A stretch of 63,084 nt of DNA, the filler included, from Rozella allomycis CSF55 (taxonomy: Eukaryota): assembly GCA_000442015.1 (NCBI GenBank). It is 7 parts of 7 records of this genome, joined end to end, with 100 filler letters (N's around TTAATTAATTAA, not from the genome) between each part and the next. Parts side by side here need not be neighbours in the genome. Positions count along the whole stretch, not along the records: positions 1 to 25,316 come from KE561132.1; 6 more parts are not named here. One strand, 5' to 3'. Each line of letters starts with the position of its first letter. The stretch's first letter is position 1. A model generated the notes under the pieces. That model searched no databases. It saw only the letters and a list, made by a program, of their open reading frames with translations, and was not told where the DNA came from. A program made the position numbers and the translations under genes. Below, in pieces: positions 1-13,096 of the stretch.

Positions 1-30
1 AAAATATTAAAAGTAAAATACTTTTTCTAA

Positions 31-1819
31 CTATTCAAACTTTATTCCTTGTGCAAGTGGTAAAGCCCCGGAATAATTAATTGTGCAAGTTTGTCTTCGC
101 ATGTATTGTTTCCATGAATCCGAACCAGATTCTCTACCTCCACCTGTCTCTTTTTCACCTCCAAAAGCGCCTCCTATTTCAGCGCCATTAGTTGGAATGT
201 TGCAGTTAACAATACCACAGTCAGAACCCGAAGGACTTATCTATAGAAGCAACTAAAATTACCCCGTCCATTTAAAAACGTTATTCACATTTTGGGTGAA
301 AATTGAACTGCTTAATCCTTGCCCAACTGAATTGTTGTACAAAATCGCTTCGTCAATAGATTTTATTTTGACAGTATGTAATATTGGAACAAAAACTTCA
401 TGTTGAAGAACTTTGGCATTTGAAGGCACCGACGTTATTGTTGGTCGGACATAATTTCCTCCCTCCAGGTTTAAAACTTCATTCCCAAATATAACTTTTC
501 CTCCCTTTCATTTTTACAAGATTTCTGTCTACCTGTGACTTTACATCTTCGATTGTTTTCTTGTATGCCTCTAATGCTTTATTTGAATGAAGAGGCCCAC
601 AAAGAACACCTTCCTCTAGAGGGTTTCCAATCTTAACTTGCTCATAGGCTTTCTTCAATTTAACAATGAATTCATCATAGATATTTTCATGAAGATACTA
701 TTTTCATAAATAATAAATGTTACTAATCTTCTTGTTGTTGTGCAACGTTGACCAGCAGTTCCTACGGCTGCAAACAAAATGGCCCGAACCGCCAAATCAA
801 TATTGGCGTCATCCATGACTATCATAAAATTTGAAATTCAATTTTACCTATTATTGCATTGTTACCTCCCAACTCCAAAAGTGGTCTACCGAACCTTTCT
901 TGAACCATAGTCCCAACTTTTCTTCCAATCTATTAAAGATTTATGAAAATCTATACTGCTGTGCTTCCTGTAAAACTAACAATGTCCACTCTTTTGTCTT
1001 TTGCGATACTTTCTCCGACATCAGCTCCACCACAAACCATAGAACAAAGACTTCCCGGTAAATTATTTTCTTCCAAAACCTTGGCCAGTATTTTGGTTAC
1101 AGCCACAGAACACAAATTAGTCGTTGGTGCCCCTTTCCTTATTAATGCACTTGAAGATTGTTTACCACAAGACAGGGTTTCCACAAATCAAAGAAATTGC
1201 AGAATTCCAGCCATAAACTGCTACTGGAAAATTAAAAGCTGAAATAACACCAAGAATTCCAACCGGATTCCATACTTCCATCATAAAGTGCCCAGGTCCT
1301 ATATTTACAACAATCTTTAAACATACTTTCAGAAGGTATAACTTGACCATTAAGCATTCTGCTTAAACCTACCGCGTAATCACATATATCAATATATTCT
1401 TGGACTTCCCCAATCCCTTCTGGTAAAATCTTGCCCATTTCAAGTGATACTAGAGCACCTAATTCATCTTTCTTTTCATTCAAAGCTTCTCTCATTTGTC
1501 TTACAATTTCCCCTCTTTTTGGTGCGGGTGTTTCTCTCCACATTACCTTACTCTTCATCATTTGATCGATTGTTTGGTTTAGATCATTCAAGGTTCCCTC
1601 TATGGTAGAATATGTTTAGATTACTGTTTTAACGCGACCAATGGGTTGGTTAGTGGCTGGATTGTATGATGTAATCACTTCACCGGATCCGCCCCATCGA
1701 CCGTTGTACACACCAGGATTAACGTCCATTGATAAATTCAGGGCCTTAAAAAGGGATGGGATATCAAATCGCTGAATCCTGTTCGTGTAACCTCGGCTAT
1801 GCGTCCAAAAGAATTTCAT
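31..1819 (-). CDS. ALDH7A1: Aldehyde dehydrogenase family 7 (antiquitin / alpha-aminoadipic semialdehyde dehydrogenase), 8 introns of 26-29 nt
   Basis: Motifs [90 protein letters not shown]; exons joined manually. Confidence 0.95.
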
Positions 1820-1951
1820 TCGTAAAATTCAAAACAACAAACATCAATTTTTGAAAATTGTAATATGGCAGTTTCTAATGAAGGTCACATGTATTAATAA
1901 TTATTGAATAATCAAAACAAATACAAATATGCAACACTATAAAAGAAAAAT

Positions 1952-4085
1952 TTATGAATCTTCTTCTTCCCCTTCATTTTCAGCTTCTTCTGCGGCCTCT
2001 TCTTTTTCTTCTTCTTTGGCTTTCTTCGCTTCCTCAAATGCAGTTTCCTCTTCAAGTGTCGGGTCTATTTGTTCATTAATCTCCAAAGGAAATACGAAAT
2101 TTATTTCTCCAGTTTCTTCATTCTTTTCTTGCTTGATGCCGTATTCTTGATTAACTTCAGGTAGAGAAGGTATTGACCAAGCAGACTCATACTTTAAACC
2201 GTCACCAACATAAATATTGGCAAATTTGTCTCTGTAACCAATATTTATAGCACCAGGCCAACGATTGCTTCTTGCATAAACAACAGAAAATTTCATAGGT
2301 AATCTGTGAGATGCTTGTCTAATTGTCCAGGCTGGCACTCCTGATTCAACGTCTAATTAAAAGCAATAAATATTGATACCTTCATCTTGCTCAATGGTAG
2401 TTAACAAAGCAGGCCCAGTCTCAGGTTCCATGGCTTCCTCCTCTGTTTGTTCCTGTCCTTCCTCTGCTTCCTCATTTTCCTCTTCGTTTCCATCTTCTTC
2501 TTTTGATTCTTTAATTAAAGTTTTAGGATTTATCCAAGACGTTCGTCCCTGTGGCAGTATATAGTTTTGGTGATGAACCCAAGAACTTGGCTGCAATAGC
2601 TCCTCTTGTGATCTCCCTTCATATTCGGCATTCACAACAACGACACTTGAAGAATTATCTAAAAAATTTAGATATTTTTGTTGAGTTACCTTCATTTTCT
2701 TCATTGTCTTCGCTTTGCTCAAAGGAATAATAACCGGCTGGACTAATAACTGTCCCAGCTGAAATTCGGGCTATTTGACATCTCAAATAATCAGCTTCAG
2801 TGCCCTTAAATGGAGGATATGATACGATCTAAATAAACCTAAAGTTTAATCTTCACCTTTTTACTCAGGTCACCAGAAAATTGCTTTTTAATCTTTCTAG
2901 CGGCTTGAATAAGAATTAGGATTGGCATCTGGTAATCTATTCCAAGGTCCAATAGCTAATTATCAAATGAATCAATTCTTACCATTATTGGAAACCCAAT
3001 AAACGTATTTGTTGACTCCTACGGATTCTTCTGCAGGGAGATTTATATTTTGGATGTTTAATTGGGGTTTTGCTTTTGCTAGATTATCAAAAAGAGCGAG
3101 CAATTCTGGATCCTCCACACCTTGTGACAATTCGGCCGAGGAATCTTGCCCGTTTTCTGCAGGCTGTTCTTCTGTTGTTTCAAGGGCAGGAGAATCAGGG
3201 CCAAGTTCAGATTCAATGACATAATAATTAGATTTCAAGCCAAATATCTTCCCAAATAGCCTTACACTTTTCAATTGCTTCTCTTGCGCCAATTGTTTCA
3301 AAGAGAGGATCAACTTAAATGTTTCTTCTTGGCCAAACGAGACCTATCTTATTATATATACTTTTCTACCCCCGCCCATTCAAATAATCTTGCAATCTCA
3401 AGCATGTCAGGCATTTCAGTCTCTATGCCGCTTTCACCATTTTCTAGAGAAGACTAAAAAATGAATCAAGACACTCATACCTGAAGCAACGTTATATTCT
3501 TTTTACAATTCTCTATGACATCACTGGATGGCACCACATCAAAGATTCCCAACGGCTTAGCATCCTTTTCAACGGCAGACTTTTTAGTCTTGACATCCCT
3601 GGACAACAGCTCAAATGTATCTTTTAATGTATTTTTGTAGTCATACCCACACTATTTTCCGGTCTCTGTTCCAAAATGGATGATATACATGCTGCCAAAT
3701 GGTCGTACAAATTTAGGCCTGTAGAATTGGAAGTTTTTTGTAAAAAAGCTTTAGCGTTCGCAAATTTAGGATCCACATTATGTGGTTGGCTAATTTGTTG
3801 TTGCGATGAAACCAATCCACCAATTTTGGTCTGAGAAATAATTGACGGTTCATTAGATATACTTTTTGTTGAACCCATTATGTTTTTAAGAGAACCGCTT
3901 TTTAATTTGTGAAGTGAGCCTTGTCTAGATGCAGTTTTATACGTTTCTGGTTGGTTTTCATTAGTTTCATTGGCGTCCACATTTTGGATTTCAGTTACAG
4001 GGGCAGCTACATCGGAAGCTGGTTCGTTGATTTGATTATTAACAACTTGTTCGTCTTGTGTCGCTACTGGTGTAGGATCTTCCAT
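1952..4085 (-). CDS. RSPH4A: Flagellar radial spoke head protein RSP4/6 family, 7 short introns
   Basis: [61 protein letters not shown]; acidic C-terminus. Confidence 0.9.
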
Positions 4086-4363
4086 TGTTTGTTTACATTT
4101 CTTAAAATTGAGTAATTTGAAATGTATCGGTCAAATCCCATGGCATGGAGTCATGGACTTTATAGTTTGAATGGAAGTATAAATAAATTAACGGAACCAA
4201 CAAAAATTGCATCCAATTTCTATCCATCTGCCTCAATTGTATTATTGTGGTAGTACTGACTGCTAAAATGGTGGAAATTACTTTAAATATGCACCAACAT
4301 CAAAAAATTCACGACAATTCTTTATGAGACAAAAATGAAATTTTGAAACATGTTTTGATTTCC

Positions 4364-7300
4364 ATGTCGTCTAAAAAACAAAGCATTACACCAACACAAT
4401 CAGCGAGAGCAAATTCACAAAAAGTAACTAGTGGCAAAAGACGTTTAACTTCATCAGCTACAAACAATCAGTCGAATGAAAACTCTGCAATATTTCCTGG
4501 CCTTTTAAATTCATATGAAGCGACCATAGAATCATTGATAGATTATAATGCATATTTAATGCCTGAATGGTCTGACGCTGACGTGCAAGGCGAAAAATGG
4601 ATAACTAAGCATGCATACGAAGAGCCAGAACCGTTTACAGAGTTACCTGCGAATTTAAAAAGCCAGATAAGTGGATATAAAAGGATTAACGAATTATTTC
4701 CTGTGAGTGTTAATGAGAGCAATAGTTGCATTGTAACAGCAGCTACTTTATCTGCATCTACGGATGGCGATTCATTTACGACTTGTTTGGAGGTGATTAG
4801 AAATGAAGAAGAAAAGAAAATATCTGGTCAATCTATTTGTAAATTTTTCCAAGTTAATTCGCATCTAATAGTGTCTAATTTTATGAGAACTTTGATGGCC
4901 AAATTGAGTTTGGCTGTTGATTTGTACAAATCTCGTAAATCTGGTGTATTGAATATGGATGATCCAGCTCCTTGGGATGCAATATATCCAAAAGGAAAAG
5001 ATGGGTTACCAATGTATAATGCGAGCGGGAAGTATATAATAAAGCTTTATGATCATGGATGCTGGAGGAAGGTGACAGTTGATGATAAGATGCCGTTTAA
5101 TCAAGAGAATAAATTATTGCTACCCGTAAGTGCGAATGCCAATGAGTATTGGACATTGATTTTGTGTAAAGCCATTTGCAAGGTTGTGTTCGCAGAGTAT
5201 GAAAATTAAGGAGTTATAAATAGCGGAAATCAAAGTGATGTTGATGTTTCGCAACTGATTCATGGATATGTTCCACAAAGTTTGAAATGGACTTTAAAGA
5301 ATAATTTTGATGAAATTGCTTTTCAAAGTCAAAAGGCAACAAGCAAAGCCACATCTGCTGCATCGAGGGATTCTAAAGGCGTAGAGAAGAATGTGAAAAC
5401 GACAGATATGATTTATGTTTTAAGTTGTGATAATGATGAAGTAAATCTTTTATAAATATTGAAAAGACGAATCAAGAGACTATTATGGCTAGAATAACTG
5501 ATGTGAGGTTTATTGAAGATGACCCAACTTTAAAGAAAGAAATTAAAATTAAACCATTCTGTGTTGGAGGCAATTTGAATATTTTAGACAAGATATCTGG
5601 CTTTTATGATAATTTTAATGATTTAACCGGAAATGAGAAGATTGGAAGTGAGATTTGGTTGAGTGTTGACAATGCAATAAAGATTTTCAAGTAATGCGAG
5701 ATTTAAATAGACATTAAGAAATTTGATGGGATTCAATTTAATCAGAAATTACCCTAATGAAAAAAGTCTGAAATTTATTGAAAGTGTTGAAGATATTAAT
5801 GCAAACTTTCCAATTCCTTTTGTTATTTGTAAACTGAAAAATGTAATGTTAGAATAGATTCGGAGAACCCAATTAATATTTTGATTCAAGTTACTTCCTG
5901 TGGAAGATTGAAATATCCAGCTAGTTGTATTTTAGAGGAGTTTGATTGGAAGAGAAATAACCAAAAAAGAATTCAAACAATTCCAATTTGTTTCAATGGA
6001 TTTAATGTTTCTATTCCGTAAACTAGATTTGCCAGTTGAATAAAAGGAATGGAATCCCCATAATCTTAAAGATTGATATACCTTGTGGCTATTTTATAAA
6101 TGTTTGGTCTAAAGATAATTTTATAATTGATGAATTTCCAAACTTTCTTAAACAAAAACAACAAGGGTTTGTAATTGATTCTATAAATAGTTTTCCTGCT
6201 CAGCCATCAAATTCCTTTTTCTATTTTTTCAGGTAACTTGGGATTCTTATTTAAAATAAAGACATAAAATTAATTTGAGTAAAGATGCAACATTTTATGG
6301 CCAACTGTTACTTTCAAATCCATTTTTGAGACATTATTCGTCAATCTCTGTTATAAATTTAGATAATCAAGAGATTATATTTTCAGATTGTTTAAATAAA
6401 AGTTTCATCCTTGAATCAAATAAAGTAATGCTATTGAGAAATGGTTATATATAGAATGGATATCTTTTAAGTGCTTTTTGCAGAACAACTTTAAATTCTA
6501 CACAATCAAAGTATCGATTTATTTTAATTTCAGACAATCAAATAATTCCAGTTGATCAAATTTCAACTTTTCAATTTCAAGCTAATTTTAACACAATAGA
6601 ATTGGATGAAATTTACATTCCAAACAAACATCACACAATCACAAAACAGTTTTTAAAATTAAAAGAAATTTGTGATTGTCAAGCATCCATATTTGTTGGA
6701 TTTTCTCAACAAGTGGAAATGAAATTGTCTTTAATCAAAAATGGAAATATTCTAAAATCCTTTTCAGGCAGGGGTTTTATTTATATACCTTTAATAACTT
6801 TATGGAATGAGCAAGATAATCTAAATGATGATTCAAGGTCTAAAATCTCTCTTTTATTAACTGGAAATGAAAATGATATGATTCATCACGTCTTGATTCC
6901 ATTCAATTCTTCTTATCAAGCCCCAGATTTTATTTCTTTAGTAAACAAGAAGAAAAATACTTCTGGTCTTTCAGCTGACCCAAAAAAGAAAGCGAAAGAT
7001 AAACCAACGGGAAATGAATCACAAAGTTCAAACGAGCAATCAAGCGACCTACCCTGTTTAAAAATAAAGATATTCTATCCAGAAAATATTTCAATTTCAA
7101 TGACAAAAGATACTGAAACTGAAGATAAATACAAACAATTGAAATCTTCTTGGGAATCCGCACAGCCAGGAAGAGCTTTGAAAGCAAAAGAGGCAAGAGA
7201 AAGTTATTTGAAATCACTTTCAAAACATCCATTGAACAAACAAGACTCACGCCAATTATTAGTAAACGAAGAAACATCTCACTCAAATTTCAACTTGGCT

Positions 7301-7750
7301 TCAATAAGAACTATAATTGAAAAAGAACCTTTGGAATTTATGCCACTTAAAAGAAGACACCAGCTTTGGAAGACACTCTCCGCTCCATATGCTATTGATA
7401 ACCTCTCACTTATTAAGAATCAATGGTATTCAGAGAAATCAGACTCAATAACGGAAATTATTGAAAAAAGCAAAGAGAATTTTAAATTGTTTCAAGATAA
7501 TCTATCCCAGTCAAGAAGAGATGAATTTCAATCAAGACTAAACTGGTCTGCTATGCACACTGAACGAATAAACAAAACATTTGAAAATTGGAAAGTTTTA
7601 AAAAATGAAGACAACGCTAGAAGAGAAGAATATAGACAAAATGTAATCAAAGTTTTGCAACAACAAGCCGCCATGAATGTTAATGAAGAAAAACCACAAA
7701 GTGCAAAAAAGGATAAAGGAAATGCGAAAAAATCACCAGTTAAGAAATAA
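4364..7750 (+). CDS. Androglobin-like protein (calpain-like N-terminal domain, coiled-coil C-terminus), about 7 short introns
   Basis: PEWSDADVQGEKW, PWDAIYPK..YNASGKYIIKLY..GCWRKVTVDD, EYWTLILCKAICKV, and C-terminal KSSWESAQPGRALKA resemble ADGB as recalled. Confidence 0.7.
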
Positions 7751-7789
7751 ATGCACTAAATTTGTTAAAATTATTAAATTAATTGAAAT

Positions 7790-8910
7790 TTATCTTTTTT
7801 CATTTGCAAGGGGTATTGATTTAGGCGTTTGAAGGGTAATTTGCGAATAACTATACAACAATCCAGATAGAAATGCTAATTTTCAACTACAAGTAAATTT
7901 ACCTAGTAAAATAGAAAATACACCGCCATTATTAACTTCTTTTTCACTCTTCATAAATAGCATGCCTGATATCGCAACAGGCAACTTATTCAAGGCTCCA
8001 ACCATCGAGTAAGTGGTCGATGCAGTAACTCGCAATGCCCATGCAGTAGAATAACCTTTGTTTAAATACAATGATCGCTACTGATTGCATATGCAGAAAT
8101 GCTACTCAGAATTATCCCCGCCGCTAATTTATCTTTCATTTCTACATATTCTCCATCACCAAAACTGTAAAAACAATTTATAACCTTTACTAGTCTTGCA
8201 TAAACTCATTCCAATTTTCAGTCATCAGAGATAAGAACATAAAAATCGGTGTAGATATTAAATTGTTGTAATACACTGTATCAAAATCTCTGAAATCTAC
8301 ATTTTTTATCTTCTTTTTCATATATAGAACGTAACCAGCAGATGTTAAACAATTTAGCATCATCCATGCAAATCCTCTTGCATTGAATGAAATGTCATTG
8401 TATCCACCAATAATTGAACTTAATACCTATAAATTGGTTTTAATATCAATACCATTAGTGAAAACGAAAATGCCATCAACTTTGTAATTGATCTACCAAA
8501 CATTCTCTGTTCCCCAATAGCCACCAAAATTATAGTCAAATTTTTAAAAATAGTAAACATTGATATTTTCAAGTACTGTATACTAATTACCTTGTAAAAA
8601 TCGTTTTACCTTTTACTCCCAGTGTATATCATTAAAACAAGCATTAATGAAACGGGATACCATTGAATCAAATTCCGCCTTTCCACTTGCCTAAATTTCA
8701 CCCATCCTATCGATCGGCAAAACAGCAGCAAGCAAACACAAATTAAGCTCTATCACCTAAATTGTTTCATTTTACCTGGCAGCCCAGAAGAAAAAAGTTC
8801 AGGTTAAATTTATGAACGGACAACACATATTTGTTAGTTAAAGTCATCATTATCGAAGACATACAATAGGAAAGCAATGCGGCCACAGCTTCCATGCTAT
8901 AGCCTTTCAT
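7790..8910 (-). CDS. VRG4: GDP-mannose transporter (Vrg4/GONST type), 6 short introns
   Basis: [43 protein letters not shown] (GALNK motif). Confidence 0.9.
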
Positions 8911-8944
8911 TGTAAAATACCGAAATTTAAGAGTTTGTAATCAA

Positions 8945-9790
8945 ATGTGGAGTTTATCAACCTTTATCAGAAAATATTCATGCTCAAGTCCTTTGAAATT
9001 ATCAATATCAAAGTTTCCATCGCCTAAAGAGACATCCAAGATTCCCTTTGTATTTGTTCATGGCCTCTTTGGCTCAAAACAAAACTGGAGGTCATTGTGC
9101 CTGGCATTAGCTAGACAGAGCAACGTGACTGTTTATGCTCTTGATTTAAGAAATCACGGAGAATCACCACATTCTGAACACATGGATTATAGTTTAATGT
9201 CTCAAGATATTAAGAACACCGTGGATCAAATGGAGTTGAAAACGCCCTTCAATTTAGTGGGCCATTCTCTTGGAGGAAAAGTTGTAATGCGATATGCTAC
9301 AGACAATCCTCAAGATGTTAACCATCTAGTAGTTGTTGACATTGAGCCAGTATCGTATAAAAATGCTTCTCTACCTTTTGATGACTACCTGGATATTATG
9401 GCTGAATGTGAAAATGCAAATTATAAAAAAAGGAGTTTGGTTGAAGACCATATAGCAAAGTACATAGATAATTTGGAAATCAGGCAATTCCTGATGACAA
9501 ACGCCATTCAGTTTGGTGATGGCACTTGGAAATTCCGATGTAATGTGCCTGTGCTGAAAAAAGAACTCCCAGTGCTATTTGGATATGAGCCCGGGTCATT
9601 GGATTATAGTGGTAGGATAACAGTAGTTGCTGGAAGAAAATCACATTATGTTAAAAATCTTCATTCATTTGAAAAGTATTTCCCAAATGCAGAGATGTCA
9701 TTAATTGCTTTAAATACTGGTCATTGGGTACACGCAGAGAGGCCACAAGAGTTTTTAGAGATTCTTTCAGATATTTCAGATACAAAATAA
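8945..9790 (+). CDS. Alpha/beta hydrolase, ABHD11/YbfF-like, probably mitochondrial; single exon
   Basis: HGLFGSKQNW, DLRNHGES, GHSLGG nucleophile elbow, GHWVHAERP. Confidence 0.88.
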   Translation: MWSLSTFIRKYSCSSPLKLSISKFPSPKETSKIPFVFVHGLFGSKQNWRSLCLALARQSNVTVYALDLRNHGESPHSEHMDYSLMSQDIKNTVDQMELKTPFNLVGHSLGGKVVMRYATDNPQDVNHLVVVDIEPVSYKNASLPFDDYLDIMAECENANYKKRSLVEDHIAKYIDNLEIRQFLMTNAIQFGDGTWKFRCNVPVLKKELPVLFGYEPGSLDYSGRITVVAGRKSHYVKNLHSFEKYFPNAEMSLIALNTGHWVHAERPQEFLEILSDISDTK

Positions 9791-9806
9791 AGCAATTTAT
9801 TACAAT

Positions 9807-11334
9807 CTATATGGTGTTTAATTGTTGCTTAAATGCGTTGATTTGGTCATGAATTGATTTTACCAATGTTTGATATCTCTGTGCATCATATTTTAGTGAT
9901 TCTTCCTTTTCATGTAAGAATTTCAATATTTCTTTGTCTATAATGCTGCTTCGTTAATTAATTGCTAAATGTCTTACTTAATGTTTATGGGTGTATTGTA
10001 ATTGCGAAGTAAATATAATGACACAAAAAGAAAAATAAGGGAAAACACCAAAAAAATACATGAGATGTAGTCTTGACGTCTTGAATTTCTTGTTGAAACA
10101 GAAACAGGCAACTGATTAAGGCTAAAATCCGCGTCAGGGTCTTTACATGATAAATCAACGTTTTTGAAGTAATATCTTTGATAAAATAGTAATATTTGCG
10201 ACATTAGATGCTCTTTTGTAATCAAAATGTGGGTTTACTCTCGATGATCAATTGTTGTGTCTGGTCCAGGTATATTGACACAGAACACCCTTCTTCATTT
10301 GCTTGTAAATCATACATTAGATTTATCCCATAACTTGTAACTCTATCCTCTTTTTCATTGAAAATTCTAATAAAACTTTCAATTATCACGCTATACAATT
10401 AATGATAATTCCCATACTTATCTTTAAGCCTTACCTTATGCCTTTGTTCTTCATAAAGAGAGAGTCTAATAAAAGAATGCGGGTCATCTATTTTATACAC
10501 CCAAGTCCGGGTCAAAAAACCATTCTGATTTTTCCACCAATTGCTAAATTTAAGAACTTTAAATCATAAGTGTTGGTATTGAAATACCTGAAATATGAGA
10601 GCTTTCCAGTATTTTTTTGAACTTTGTGCTATCCCTCCCAAATAACCCGTTCTTTATCGTAAATATTTTTTGAGGATAGGATTCTTTAAATAAGAGTATA
10701 AAGTTTTCGTTTAATAAAAAGTTCCCCGTGTCTTTACTTTTCATTGTAGTTATAATTAGTTTACGCTATAGTGTCCTCCACTTTTCTTAAGGGAGATATC
10801 GTGACATCCTCATCATCGCTAAACAAAGTATCCCCATTTTCATTAGGGGGTGTAATTACTTCGGTTTCCTATTTGAAGCACGTTCCATATTTTACAGTGG
10901 GATGAATGACATTCTTCCACCGAAAAACTATTTGCTCATACGCCATATCACGGTTCAAAAATGATCCCAAGAAATATTTTGTATGAAGGGTAGAAATAAA
11001 TATTGCGTTTGGTATGACAAATGCAGTGTTTCTTTTATGAACTGCTATTATTTCACGAAAGTCTACTATGAACAGACATTTGAAACAATGTTATGTACTT
11101 GAGTGATCCAGCCGATAATGTTGGCGTAAAAACATAAATGATGTTCCGTTATATAAAGTCGACCCTGGATTAATATGTCCTTTTGATAAGCACATACATA
11201 GTCTGTATTAATACTGACCTCAAAATACCTTCAATTAATGCTTCAGTTTCAGGTACTTCCTTAAATAAACTATGGAAATCTTGCTCTCTCTTATTTGACC
11301 CATTCAACGAATTTGAATCAAAAGATTTGCTCAT
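9807..11334 (-). CDS. GRAM-domain membrane protein (Lam/Ysp2/GRAMD1-like), 8 short introns, one of them GT-TG
   Basis: DFHSLFKEVPETEALIEDYVCAYQKDILIQGRLYITEHHLCFYANIIGW, then TAFVIPNAI...TKYFLGSFLNRD; C-terminal TM helix. Confidence 0.85.
11073..11098 (-). other. Non-canonical 26-nt GT-TG intron in the GRAM-domain gene
   Basis: gtacataacattgtttcaaatgtctg; removal gives GWITQFIVDFREIIAVHKR; the AG options give a stop (33 nt) or a frameshift (36 nt). Confidence 0.7.
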
Positions 11335-11403
11335 TTAGTAAATTCCAAATTTTAGACTGGGTGTTCAAAAGTAACCAAGGCGATACATTCCATTCTCAAA
11401 TCG

Positions 11404-11891
11404 ATGAAGGAAAAAATATATTCGCATGTTCCATCTAATCATCCCATATGGCTACACTATCCTGAAATTCGGGTACGTGAAGTGGACCAAAGTGTGCAAC
11501 ACGAAGTATCAAACTCATCCAAATTCCACTATGACCATGAAAGAGTCATTCTAAGGAGTATGTTACCCCAAAACGATTGGAACAAGTTATTAAATAATGA
11601 TATACAAAACATACTACAAAAGGTTGGACCATCAAGAAACTTAACATTAGAAACAAAAAGGTGCCGACACTATGTTCTGTTCTTTTCAAACCCAAGAATT
11701 TTTAAAAAGCATTGAAAACAAGGAAAAAAATATGATATCTGAAGTTGTTAAACGGGATTTCGGGGAGCCAAGTTTGAGGCCATATAGAGATCAATTTAGA
11801 CATGAAGGCGAATTGTAATTTGATAAAAAAAATTTAAAGAAGGCTTTTTTCTGAAGCCATGAATGCAATAAAACATCGAGTCTCCAAATAA
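11404..11891 (+). CDS. Hypothetical protein, 2 short introns
   Basis: ORF extended across short GT-AG introns at about 11623 and 11815; no family recognised. Confidence 0.55.
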
Positions 11892-11899
11892 ATTGTTTA

Positions 11900-12766
11900 C
11901 TAAAGTGATATACATTTTGGGGCAATTAACTTTAACGCATTAAATATTCATTGAAACCTTGTTTAAAAAGCCTGTTTGATGGATATTAAAAAGTATTTCC
12001 TCGCTTTTGTCTCCGTATTCTCCAATTGACACCACAGTTTTATGCCTGCCTTTTTCAGGAATACATGTAAATGGATTTCTTGATTCTAAGACCTTCCATC
12101 CTTTCATACGCAGGCTGTGTTCTATATTGACATCATTCCCAATTAGCAATAAAGGGATTCGCATTAAAGCTCCAGAGGATCCCTTAATGCAACGGAAGTT
12201 TAAGGGGAACACAAAGTCTGTTAATGTTTCAGAGTCAAGAAAATTTATGGAAAATGGAAGTTGCCAGATAATTCCATCGAAACCAAGCGCTACAGAAGTT
12301 CTACAAAGTGACCCAAGATCTCCTAATAATTATCGCAAAGTATATACAAATTACTAGGATCTTTTTCTTGGAGATTTATTCCTTTAAATAAAACCAATCG
12401 TTTTCCGAAGCTTTTTATGGAATCAAAGTATTCATTTTCGCTTAATGTTACATTTCTTGTTTCACTCAAAGCAAATAACAGCTCCGCATTAGAATGTTCT
12501 CCCTGCAAATATTTTAAGACGGTTTGGTCTGCAATTGGAAACGACGGATATTTTTCAATAATGCTTTTCCATAAAATTTCATGTTTCTTTAGTCGTAAAC
12601 ACATAGGACTTACCTTTTGCTTAGTTTTATGTGAAAAATAGAAAACTCCCTTTACGTGCTCACTATTTTCCTTAATGATTTTATATGAATTAAATATAAC
12701 AAAATTGTTTCTCATGAACATTTTAAAACCATTATTGAGGCTTTCGAGGGTTAAAAATTTGTCCAT
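11900..12766 (-). CDS. Divergent SpoU/TrmH-family RNA methyltransferase-like protein
   Basis: QEKDP-RDLGSLCRTSVALG and RCIKGSSGALMRIP resemble SPOUT motif 1; 2 short introns. Confidence 0.6.
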
Positions 12767-12974
12767 GAATTCCTATTTTGGAAAGTTAAAATATCAATTT
12801 AGTCCAGCAACTCAACGATTACTTACAGAAATTTCAGGCTTTATGTAAAAAGCTGAAATCGAATTCCTCGTGTTCATTCCTTTGCGGTAAGGGATAAATA
12901 TTTTATGCTTGATTTCATTTTAAACATTTTATTGAGGTTTAAAAAACAATAAATAAAGTCAAAAAAATGATAAT

Positions 12975-13022
12975 TTCCGCATCGGGGAATCGAACCCCGG
13001 CCTTTGCGGTGAAAGCGCAAAA
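12975..13022 (-). tRNA. tRNA-Glu(TTC), 3' two-thirds; 5' end lost at an assembly N
   Basis: Minus strand reads GCG-CT-TTC-AC-CGC anticodon arm, T-arm CGGGGTTCGATTCCCCG, acceptor 3' strand ATGCGGA. Confidence 0.85.
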
Positions 13023-13096
13023 NTTGTCGTCTTTTTTACTAATTAAAAAAAAATCGATAATTCGCAATTTCTCACGTGATTTCATAATCTGATCTA

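Noticed and set aside
4086-4363. RFX X-box in the bidirectional ciliary promoter
   Set aside because: Only partial CCATGG cores; no convincing GTTNCCATGGNAAC match
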